NCBI GenBank assembly: GCA_043820105.1
Contig: JBDREC010000108.1
Coordinates: forward strand, 1-52,448
Reading direction: 5' to 3'
Length of the DNA: 52,448 nucleotides
Origin: Pseudomonadota bacterium
GTDB taxonomy: Bacteria; Bdellovibrionota_F; JAHFAK01; JBDREC01
The translations under genes were made by a program, and so were the position numbers. Positions 39,401-46,438 of the stretch are shown here, piece after piece. Under the pieces are notes generated by a model, which did no database searches, had not been told where the DNA came from, and was given only the letters and a program-made list of their open reading frames with translations. Position 1 is the stretch's first letter; the number at the start of each line of letters is the position of its first letter.

Positions 39401-39624
39401 CCCTCATTCCAACTACCTATGGTTTTGGAGGCAAAGATTATTTTGTAGCCCCCTTAGCGCTTGCTTTTGCCTATGGTTTGATTTTTGCAACTTTCATAAC
39501 CCTTGGATTAATTCCAACCTTTTATCATATAGCTGAAGACTTGAAGGGAATATTTGCTACGCTTCTAAAAAAGCTAGGAATAGAAATTAATCCAAAAATT
39601 TATTCTAAAAAAGAGAATTATTAA
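36439..39624 (+). CDS. RND efflux transporter permease (AcrB/AcrD/AcrF family)
   Basis: 1061 aa; YPGASPDECEQLITIPIE, LGMIVDFSIVVSEN, LAGVIVSNTLVLV, RLRPVLLTAGTTVLALIP. Confidence 0.96.
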   Translation: MKNVISFLMKQNLLINLIVVLILSVGFVTIKNINREVAPEVNFDMVTITTIYPGASPDECEQLITIPIEKKLREVMGLDKVRSYNIENVSVIVIYLSEDAKDKSKVADDIKDAVALVKDLPGNAEKPEIKEVKLDKTPVLNFAIRGKKSNVSYRKIREVSEKLEEYLYEINGIADVETYGKQDREYLVEVNPKALSKYRIGLNKVIDTLRGRNIDLPGGSIKVGENEYILRTKGKYNSIEDIKNTSLFANDAGFLTKVKDLAKVSDTFEEADVFERYNGTRSVIMIAWKKRSADEIRVVDTIKEKMKTFSNPYENEITIDHFGDMSRITRDRIDAVIENALVGFLLLIAILFLLMGIRMSLIVTASIPIAFMVAFIGMKLNDITINVISTFGLIMVLGMIVDFSIVVSENSYRYLQAGKSKLDGISKGVSEVFWPVTVTLLCIVAAFAPLLFISGVVGKFIVAIPLVVILCLVASWMGAFLIIPNYLYTFGAKKKSNNINKETSNNEEVYTKGYFRFIQKIYSRALKWMLDYRYIAIVLMFALLIGTLSLSKKVGFVFMPSGGAEAIKIWLKMPQGTNLDTNLGQVKIVEKMINKLPKEELEGYRITVGNEETSWLDPKPGQGTHKSTIHLNLSPEKKRKRKGDEILSQLRKDFDKAKKDKIFSKDDFFQFELEENGPPIGKPINIEIRGESFTELKKIAMEYISFLEKTDGVFGISIDLEEGKQEFRYSINEDMAARTQISTTSAALALNSSFEGAIATSVRDGKDDIDIRVRFPEAERIGVGSLKKVMISNNQGGLIPLSLVTEVKKEKGYSNINRLDYKRVVQVYGNVDLSIITSLEVNEKLMSHFKNIEKRHPGYNVTYGGEQEETQERMTELAVLFLFALFIIFIILAVFMNSIILPVVVMSAIPFATIGVILALLTHGEPMSFMTTLGIFSLAGVIVSNTLVLVQFINYQRDKKLSLKESLLNAGVIRLRPVLLTAGTTVLALIPTTYGFGGKDYFVAPLALAFAYGLIFATFITLGLIPTFYHIAEDLKGIFATLLKKLGIEINPKIYSKKENY

Positions 39625-40409
39625 TTAGGGTAATTTATCTTATCAAAACAAATCTTGCCTAAGCTCTTTTGCTTTCTATGTTGTATTTTTTTAACCTTGT
39701 TTTCTAGATTAATCCTGTGCCGTGATTTATTTTGCTTGGAGATATATTTCATTTGTATAGCAACAATAGCTTCTAAAGTTTTAATAAGAATATTATGTTT
39801 GCCCTTGAAATCTTCCATCTCCCATCTATCAAAGGCATCAAGTAGATGATAAATTGATTCAATAGTTGATAAACAAAATTCAGCTGGCTGCCTTTTAATA
39901 GTAAATTTAGATAAACCTGGTGAGTCAAAACTTATTCTATCAATTCCTTGAAGATTTTTGCTATTTTTAAGTATTTGTTTTGCCCATCTCCAGGTGCCAT
40001 CAATAACAAATATTACAAGCTTACGCTTATTTATAATTGATTCATGAATCGGAGCTTCAGATATATTGTGGACTTCAGGCCCAGGATATAATAATAAAGG
40101 ATAAACTTCATTGCTATCTAAAATCTCATTTACTTTTGTATTTGTTTGAAATTCAGCCCCAACTAATGTCGATGAATTTTCAAGACAAAGGTGGGCTAGT
40201 CGTCCTGTTGTAATTCTAACCCTTTTTAACTCTTTTGGATGAATTAATATTTTTATATGAGCTTTGGTTTGAAATGGAATAATGTTTTTACAAATGCAAG
40301 TATTATCAGGTCTTAAACACTTTATACATAAGTTGCGCAAGGCTTCAAGGTTATGCGTACTTTGCCTTAGCCTTAGTTTTTTTTTGTTTTTATATTCTGC
40401 TAAATTCAT
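39621..40409 (-). CDS. DTW-domain tRNA-uridine aminocarboxypropyltransferase (TapT-like)
   Basis: CIKCLRP...CIC, ILIHPKE, TGRLAHL, LLYPG, IDGTWRWAK, CLSTIES. Confidence 0.92.
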   Translation of the reverse strand: MNLAEYKNKKKLRLRQSTHNLEALRNLCIKCLRPDNTCICKNIIPFQTKAHIKILIHPKELKRVRITTGRLAHLCLENSSTLVGAEFQTNTKVNEILDSNEVYPLLLYPGPEVHNISEAPIHESIINKRKLVIFVIDGTWRWAKQILKNSKNLQGIDRISFDSPGLSKFTIKRQPAEFCLSTIESIYHLLDAFDRWEMEDFKGKHNILIKTLEAIVAIQMKYISKQNKSRHRINLENKVKKIQHRKQKSLGKICFDKINYPN

Positions 40410-40520
40410 AAATAATTAATTTCATAACTTTATATTTAAAGCTATATTATAGAATTGTTTGAATTATGTAATTATTGTTAAAGATAAATGGTGGCTGTTT
40501 ATTGGAAAAAGATCAACAAA

Positions 40521-41033
40521 TTAATCTTCTACGGTAGTTACTAGTCCCAAGTTATTTTTGAAAGCATCTCCAGTGTTATTTTTGTCTCTCATAAAACCCT
40601 GCTGATAAGTACCAACTGTAGCATCATCATCTAAATCCTGATAAATGAAAATCTCACACTGTGTTGTTGGATCCCAAATACCTGTATCGCAGTCAACTTT
40701 TGCTGCACCATAAGTATCTTGATCTGGAACATAGCCAATGATCTTAAATCCATTTGTATCGCCTGCAAAAGCACCCTGAGATCCTGGAACCTTACTTCCA
40801 TTTAAATCTCCAGCTCCATTAGCTGGTTTTGGAGTTGGTATATGGTGAAATTTTGCATTATCAATGTTGTAGTCAGCCTGAGCTGCAAAAATTCCTGAGA
40901 CCATAACTTCGACTTCGCTCTTTTTAGACTTTTTAATATAAGCCATAAAAGATGGGATTGCTATAGCTGCCAAAATGCCGATAATGGCAACAACAATCAT
41001 TAATTCGACCAGTGTAAAGCCTTTTTTCTTCAT
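40521..41033 (-). CDS. pilA: Type IVa major pilin
   Basis: [35 protein letters not shown]...KSKKSE; one Cys pair; sigma-54 promoter and enhancer sites upstream. Confidence 0.9.
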   Translation of the reverse strand: MKKKGFTLVELMIVVAIIGILAAIAIPSFMAYIKKSKKSEVEVMVSGIFAAQADYNIDNAKFHHIPTPKPANGAGDLNGSKVPGSQGAFAGDTNGFKIIGYVPDQDTYGAAKVDCDTGIWDPTTQCEIFIYQDLDDDATVGTYQQGFMRDKNNTGDAFKNNLGLVTTVED

Positions 41034-41120
41034 GTTACTCTCCTTTTGAAAAAGTTGTTAATATTTTGCTGTTAAGCAAATATGAGCACCTAGGGTCAAG
41101 GTTTCTTTCTTTTATTTTAT

Positions 41121-41163
41121 TTTGTTCCCTTGTTCTCTTGCGCTCTTGTTCTCTTTTACAAGC
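41121..41163 (-). repeat. Octamer repeat block, second copy of 16941-16983
   Basis: Minus strand GCTTGTAAAAGAGAACAAGAGCGCAAGAGAACAAGGGAACAAA; 4 mismatches in 43 nt against the copy in the methyltransferase gene. Confidence 0.85.
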
Positions 41164-41177
41164 AAGAATTATGCCAA
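41161..41177 (-). promoter_or_regulatory. Sigma-54 promoter of pilA
   Basis: Minus strand TTGGCATAATTCTTGCT. Confidence 0.85.
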
Positions 41178-41249
41178 AACCCATAATTTTTAATACCCTG
41201 AAATTAAAGGTGAAATTTAAAAGCTATTTTTACTTCAAGCACTAAAAAG

Positions 41250-41348
41250 TGACAATTTTTGTCAAACCATGACAAATTTTGTCACCCAGGCTATAACTGG
41301 TTGAAATTAAAGGTGAAAATAGATTGGGCGGGGTGACAAATTTTGTCA
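41250..41348. promoter_or_regulatory. Three palindromic enhancer (UAS) sites TGACAAWTTTTGTCA, probably for a PilR-like activator
   Basis: Copies at 41250-41264, 41270-41284 and 41334-41348. A 17-bp direct repeat TGAAATTAAAGGTGAAA (41199, 41302) overlaps IHF-like sequences. Confidence 0.8.
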
Positions 41349-41604
41349 CATCCTGCAAATCTAGGTATTTAGGGGTTCTCAAAGCTTTTCAGTACGAGAT
41401 TTGACTTCGCTTCTCCAAAAATATATAAATTATGCTAAATATTATTAAGGTTCATCTCCATTTTGAGTACCTAAACAATAAGAAACCTATGTACAAACCT
41501 ATGTACGGAGGTTCAGATTCTGAAATCTGGATTTGATATCTGGAAAATCTAAGTATATTTTTATTTTATTCCCCCCAAGTGTTTGTTTTTTTTGGCGCTC
41601 AATG

Positions 41605-41621
41605 TTGGCATAGATCTTGTA
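41605..41621 (+). promoter_or_regulatory. Sigma-54-like promoter upstream of the RAYT gene (non-canonical -12)
   Basis: TTGGCATAGATCTTGTA: GG-N10-GT. Confidence 0.45.
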
Positions 41622-41659
41622 TATATTTCGTCCTAAGTTTAATTTTAAAAGGATAATCT

Positions 41660-42373
41660 ATGCCTTCAATTCCAAGATCTGCTATCTTAGAAAAAGACTG
41701 TTACTTTCATGTAACTCTTAAGTTTCATAACTACGATTGGGCCTTGCAGCCTTATTGGGCTAAAAAACTTTATTATAATCTTCTATGCAAATATAAAGAT
41801 AGATATAATGTTAAAATTACAAACTATAATCTCATGGATTCACATCCGCACCTAGTTGGTCATCAAAAATCACTAGATGATTTCTCAGCCTATTTCAGGA
41901 GAATTCACTCCATCTTTGCCAAAATTTACAATAAGAAAAAGAAAAGACGAGGTCAGGTTTTTTTAGATAGATTTGTTTCTCAATATGTTGAAAGACATGA
42001 TGATTTGGTAAATGTGACAGCTTATGTAGATTTAAACCAAGTAAAAGCCAAGATGGTCACACATCCTTCAAAAAACAAATTCTCATCATAGGCATATTAC
42101 GCAGAAGGAGCAGAAGATGAATTGATAAGCCCATCACCGATTTATAAAAAGTTAGGCAAAACATTAGAAGAAAGACAAAGAAAATACATAAAGCTCATAG
42201 AATCATTTATGGAAGTTTGGGAAGCTATTAAAGAAAGGTTTCATGAAGAATGTAAATATTTTATTGGATCAGATAGCTGGGTAGAAGACAAAAGAAATGA
42301 TTTAAGACAAACTATGCGAGAAAAGTATCAGAAGTGGAAAAAATATTTCAAAGAGCGGGAGCCAGAAAAATAA
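41660..42373 (+). pseudogene. REP-associated tyrosine transposase (RAYT, Y1/HUH, IS200-like) interrupted by an in-frame TAG
   Basis: MPSIPR, YFHVT, LMDSHPHL (HUH), RRGQVFLDRF, YVDLNQVKA (catalytic Tyr), then KFSS-TAG(42089-91)-AYY where WSSY is usual. The 42122-42373 ORF is the same frame; 237 codons in total. Confidence 0.88.
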
Positions 42374-42603
42374 TTTTATAAAATACTCAGCCTTTTTATT
42401 TATGAAGATTGTATAGGTGTACGATTTTGACAAAAACCCAATCTAGATAACCAAATTAACACAGAAACAGACTTGAATTTTATGAAGAATTGTTCATTAA
42501 TTGAAATTCAGTTGAAATGTAATACTTAAAATTTACAATTCGGATTTAAGTCTTAGTGCAGATTTAGCTTTTCTAAACTGAAGCCTCCGTACAGTATTTT
42601 GTT

Positions 42604-42765
42604 TTCAATTATAAATATGCCAGAACTATTTTCGAAAAAGGCAACATTATTTTCAAACTTCAAATCAAGGATAAATATAAGTTAGCTTGCCCAATTTGTA
42701 AATCAAGAGCTATCTCTTTTCAAGGCTCGACTACAAGAAGATTAAAAGCAATGCTCTTATTATAA
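42604..42765 (+). pseudogene. ISL3-family transposase N-terminal remnant
   Basis: My translation, not in the track: FNYKYARTIFEKGNIIFKLQIKDKYKLACPICKSRAISFQGSTTRRLKAMLLL*. It resembles the ISL3 N-terminus (Y-x-Y-x-RT...IF...CPxCxS...G...RR). No start codon. Confidence 0.6.
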
Positions 42766-42812
42766 ATAAATAATAATTAAAAAATCATTTGAAGTGATAC
42801 ATGCACTCTATA

Positions 42813-43193
42813 TTAAATCCCATACCAATTATGAAATTTAATGATCTTTCCATTTTCATTGAAAAATACATGAAGAGCGTTTGACATATTAAACTCTATT
42901 CCATCCTTCTGTTTTCCTTTAGCTTTAACGGTCATTGCGATAGCGCGATTATCATTATCAATTATTCGATCCACATATTCAGCTTTCATGAAGTCAATTT
43001 TAGTAAAAAAATCCTCATACAACTTTTTAATTTCTTGCCTTGATGTCTTGTGCTTTGCATCCCAGGGACTTTTTTGATCATTTATCCCATGAACAATATG
43101 ATCAAAAGTCTCATTAAAAAGGTTAGCTACATCACTGCTATTACTATTATTTACAGCCTTACCATACTCGTCTATTAATTGATTTATATCCAT
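42813..43193 (-). CDS. SnoaL-like / NTF2 family protein
   Basis: 126 aa; VANLF, IKKLYEDFF, HVFFNENGKIIKFHNWY; GAAGGA RBS. Confidence 0.8.
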   Translation of the reverse strand: MDINQLIDEYGKAVNNSNSSDVANLFNETFDHIVHGINDQKSPWDAKHKTSRQEIKKLYEDFFTKIDFMKAEYVDRIIDNDNRAIAMTVKAKGKQKDGIEFNMSNALHVFFNENGKIIKFHNWYGI

Positions 43194-43429
43194 AATAATC
43201 GTCCTTCATTTTTTTAAAGAAAACCATGAAACATTCATTTTTAAAAATCAAATAATTAATTTTTTGATTGAAAGCACTTTTGCTTATTATGCTGAAGAAA
43301 TATGCCTGACCTCTTTTCGTTAAAGCTTTCTTGGTTGAATTTTATTAATTTCTATTATAAAGCATTTCTCTTTTACAGGAATATAACTTTAGGTCTTATG
43401 TTTTTTTAATTTAATCAGGAGCCTTTTAT

Positions 43430-44593
43430 ATGAATTTTGTATTACTGTCACCTCATTTCCCTCCAAATTATCATCTTTTTGCAGTTCGTTTGCATGAAAT
43501 GGGGGTCAATGTTTTGGGGCTTGCAGAAGAAGCTTATGACAATTTAAATGATAATTTAAAGTCTCATTTAACTGAATATTATCGTGTAAATGATATGCAT
43601 AACTATGATGAATTAGTAAGAGCGCTTGGATACTTCACGCATAAATACGGAAAAATTAATAGAATTGAATCGCATAATGAATATTGGCTGGAAACTGAAG
43701 CAAAGCTCAGGACGGATTTTAATATATTTGGAATAAAAAATGATCAGATAGATAAAATCAAACAAAAATCTGAAATGAAAAAAACTTTTATTAAAGCACA
43801 GATAAGTGCAGCAAAAGGTGAACTTGTAGAAGATTTGGGAAAAGCTTTAAAATTCATCGATGCAGTTGGATATCCGGTTATCGCAAAACCTGATATTGGC
43901 GTGGGGGCTTATGATACTTTTAAAATTCATGACAAAAAAGAGTTAAAGCAATTTTTTGACAATAAACCAGATGTTGTATACTTTATGGAAGAGTTTATTG
44001 ACGGTATAATTCAATCTTTCGATGGGCTTACTGATCAGGATGGAAATATTGTTTTTTATACAGTTCATCAATATTCAACTGGTGTAATAAATACTGTTAT
44101 AAAAGATAAAGATATTTATTATTATTCCCTGCGTGATATTCCGACTGATATTAAAGATGCAGGCACAAAAACACTCAGGGCTTTTAATATTAAAGAAAGA
44201 TTTTTTCATTTGGAATTTTTTAGAACAGCTGACAATAAATTAATAGCCCTTGAAGTCAATATGCGGCCTCCGGGTGGGATGACTACTGACATGTTTAATT
44301 ATGCAAATGATATTGATATCTATAAAGAATATGCAAATGTAGTTTCCAGGAATATTTTTGAGGCAAAATACACGCGCTTAAAACATTGTCTTTATGCAGG
44401 AAGAAAAACTTATAAAAACTATTTACATAGCACGGATGAAATTTATCACAAATTTAAAAATAATATTGTGCACAGGGAGCGTTTAAGTGGCGCGTTTAGT
44501 CCGGTATTGGGAGATTTAGGAATCCTCCTGTGTTCACCAAAATTAGATGAAATAATAAGCATGGCTGAATATATCCAGGCTGTTGAAGAATAA
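43430..44593 (+). CDS. ATP-grasp domain protein
   Basis: MNFVLLSPHFPPNY, ESHNEYWL, GYPVIAKPDIGVGA, YFMEEFIDG, FFHLEFF, LEVNMRPPGG. Confidence 0.92.
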   Translation: MNFVLLSPHFPPNYHLFAVRLHEMGVNVLGLAEEAYDNLNDNLKSHLTEYYRVNDMHNYDELVRALGYFTHKYGKINRIESHNEYWLETEAKLRTDFNIFGIKNDQIDKIKQKSEMKKTFIKAQISAAKGELVEDLGKALKFIDAVGYPVIAKPDIGVGAYDTFKIHDKKELKQFFDNKPDVVYFMEEFIDGIIQSFDGLTDQDGNIVFYTVHQYSTGVINTVIKDKDIYYYSLRDIPTDIKDAGTKTLRAFNIKERFFHLEFFRTADNKLIALEVNMRPPGGMTTDMFNYANDIDIYKEYANVVSRNIFEAKYTRLKHCLYAGRKTYKNYLHSTDEIYHKFKNNIVHRERLSGAFSPVLGDLGILLCSPKLDEIISMAEYIQAVEE

Positions 44594-44605
44594 AAAAGGG
44601 AAAAA

Positions 44606-45343
44606 ATGAATATTGAATATCATAAATGGTATAGCCAAAACTTAAATCAGGACATGGAATTAAAGGTTTATGGCCATGCAGGAAAACCTGCAATTGTGTT
44701 TCCAGCTATGGGTGGGAGGTTTTATGAATTTGAAGATTTTAAAATGATAGAGGCAGTAAACTCGTTTATTGAAGCAGGAAAAATCCAGTTTTTTACTGTT
44801 GATAGTGTTGATTTACAATCCTGGTGTAATCATGAAATTCATCCACAGGAACGTGGATTTAGACACGAAGCTTACAATAGATATATTACACAGGAAGTGC
44901 TTCCTTTTATTCGAAACAGAATTGATTCAAATGTTAAATGCCTTACCACAGGTTGCAGTATGGGTGGATATCATTCCGGCAATTTCTTTTTCAGACATCC
45001 TGATTTATTTGATTGCCTCATATCTTTAAGTGGAGTTTTTAGTTTAAAGATGTTTGTGGGTGATTATTTGGATGATAATGTCTATTACAATTCACCTCTA
45101 TTATATTTAAAGAACCTTTCAGATAACTGGTATCTGGACCGATATAAAAAAAGCAAAATCATTATTTGTGTTGGCCAGGGACCCTGGGAAGATGAAATGC
45201 TTGATGACATAAAACCACTTGAAGGAATTCTGAAAGCAAAAAGCATTCCTGCCTGGATAGATTATTGGGGAAATGATGTCAATCACGACTGGGTTTGGTG
45301 GAGAAAGCAATTGCCATATTTTTTAGGAAAATTAGATCTTTAA
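44606..45343 (+). CDS. Esterase family alpha/beta hydrolase
   Basis: YGHAGKP, GCSMGGYH (GxSxG), VGQGPWE, WGNDVNHDWVWW. Confidence 0.92.
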   Translation: MNIEYHKWYSQNLNQDMELKVYGHAGKPAIVFPAMGGRFYEFEDFKMIEAVNSFIEAGKIQFFTVDSVDLQSWCNHEIHPQERGFRHEAYNRYITQEVLPFIRNRIDSNVKCLTTGCSMGGYHSGNFFFRHPDLFDCLISLSGVFSLKMFVGDYLDDNVYYNSPLLYLKNLSDNWYLDRYKKSKIIICVGQGPWEDEMLDDIKPLEGILKAKSIPAWIDYWGNDVNHDWVWWRKQLPYFLGKLDL

Positions 45344-45353
45344 AATCACCATT

Positions 45354-45421
45354 TGTACGGAGGTTAAGATTCTGGAATTAATATAAAAGGTGCAGTATTA
45401 GAAGTGTGTGTTCACCTCCGT
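45354..45421. repeat. REP/REPIN-like mini-element (paired inverted arms)
   Basis: TGTACGGAGGT (45354-45364) pairs with ACCTCCGT (45414-45421); starts 10 bp after the esterase stop. Confidence 0.75.
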
Positions 45422-45598
45422 CTTAATTTTTTATTCAATCAAATATTTATGGAGGCGCTTGCACAAAAGTCGTATCCATGGAGATAGTGTTGAAATTATT
45501 GGTAAAAAATGGGAGAAATTTAAACGAATTCTTGACATGGATTATTATAATAGGATAAGTGAAACAAAATCAATTTATTGAAGGATATTAACTTTTTT

Positions 45599-45898
45599 AT
45601 GAAAAAAATTATTTATTTTAAACCGTCTCTGCACTCAATTATTAATTCAAGTCAAGCTGCTTGTGCCTCAGGCTCTTCTGCTAGTGAAACTGGTTGGACC
45701 TGTAGTTATGGTGGGGAAACTGTTTATGACGGTCGATGCAATTACGGGACTGGCGCCCTCCTTTGGCGAGAAGGCTATCACTATGCTTGTATGTCAGGTA
45801 CCAATGCAGTTTCCACCCTGGATCCGTGCAGCGTTGGAACTAACCCTGGTGTGTCTTTTGATGGTAATATATGCCTGTCCGGTGGAGATTTGGATTAA
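45599..45898 (+). CDS. Cys/Gly-rich repeat peptide, candidate RiPP precursor 2
   Basis: Leader MKKIIYFKPSL; six Cys, all in CxxG; likely start ATG 45599 (track start TTG 45578). Confidence 0.7.
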   Translation: MKKIIYFKPSLHSIINSSQAACASGSSASETGWTCSYGGETVYDGRCNYGTGALLWREGYHYACMSGTNAVSTLDPCSVGTNPGVSFDGNICLSGGDLD

Positions 45899-45921
45899 TT
45901 CAAAGATTTGGATTAATTCAA
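45886..45921. repeat. 18-bp perfect tandem duplication
   Basis: AGATTTGGATTAATTCAA x2, spanning the peptide stop codon and abutting a degenerate arm ATACGGAGGTTAGA. Confidence 0.9.
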
Positions 45922-45935
45922 ATACGGAGGTTAGA

Positions 45936-46358
45936 ATGAAGGACAGAACGGCATTAATAATTATTGATGTTTTAGAAGGTATTGTTAAATTGCCTGTTTC
46001 AATTTATAAAGATAAGCTGTTTTTTGAAAATTTACAAACTAATATAGAAAAGGCCAGAGAGAATGAAAGTCCTGTTATTTATACACAACATTTTACTCCA
46101 CAAGGAAGTTTTTTGAGAAGGGATCAGAACATCAAAAAAAATACATAAACTAATAAACCCTCAAAGGGGTGATGTTATAATTGAAAAACATGAGCCAGAT
46201 TCATTTCATGGAACAAATTTAGATCAAATGCTAAAAGATATAAATATCAATATCCTTTATCTTTGTGGATTTGCAACAGAAGGTTGCATTGATTCAACTG
46301 TTCGTATTGCATTTAGTAAAGGTTATAGCGTTATTCTTATTTCTGATTGTCATACAAC
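45936..46358 (+). pseudogene. Isochorismatase/cysteine hydrolase pseudogene (paralog of 47948-48472)
   Basis: MKDRTALIIIDVLEGIVKLP...; homopolymer frameshifts near 46110 (-1) and 46135 (+2). Similarity to the intact copy stops after ISDCHT, just before the repeat at 46370. Confidence 0.9.
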
Positions 46359-46369
46359 AAAAAAAACTA

Positions 46370-46415
46370 TGTACGGAGGTCCAGATTTGTTATTTTGGAT
46401 TTAAACCTCCGTACA
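46370..46415. repeat. REP/REPIN-like mini-element (perfect 11-bp inverted arms)
   Basis: TGTACGGAGGT-24 nt-ACCTCCGTACA; the interior CCAGATT...TGGATTT parallels the RAYT left flank. Confidence 0.88.
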
Positions 46416-46438
46416 GATTTTTTATTCACTAAAAACAA

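Larger units (their letters stand above)
41502..42593 (+). mobile_element. RAYT-bearing element bounded by inverted TGTACGGAGG motifs
   Basis: TGTACGGAGG at 41502-41511 and CCTCCGTACA at 42584-42593 enclose the Y1 transposase gene; each arm is followed inward by a small hairpin. Confidence 0.75.

Noticed and set aside
42089-42091. TAG as evidence of genome-wide recoding or pyrrolysine
   Set aside because: Many intact genes here end at TAG (e.g. 4099, 13180, 16673, 20530, 36408) and no other gene needs readthrough.
45663-46148. 161-aa ORF in the track
   Set aside because: Composite: an alternative frame over the CxxG peptide running into the isochorismatase pseudogene that starts at ATG 45936.
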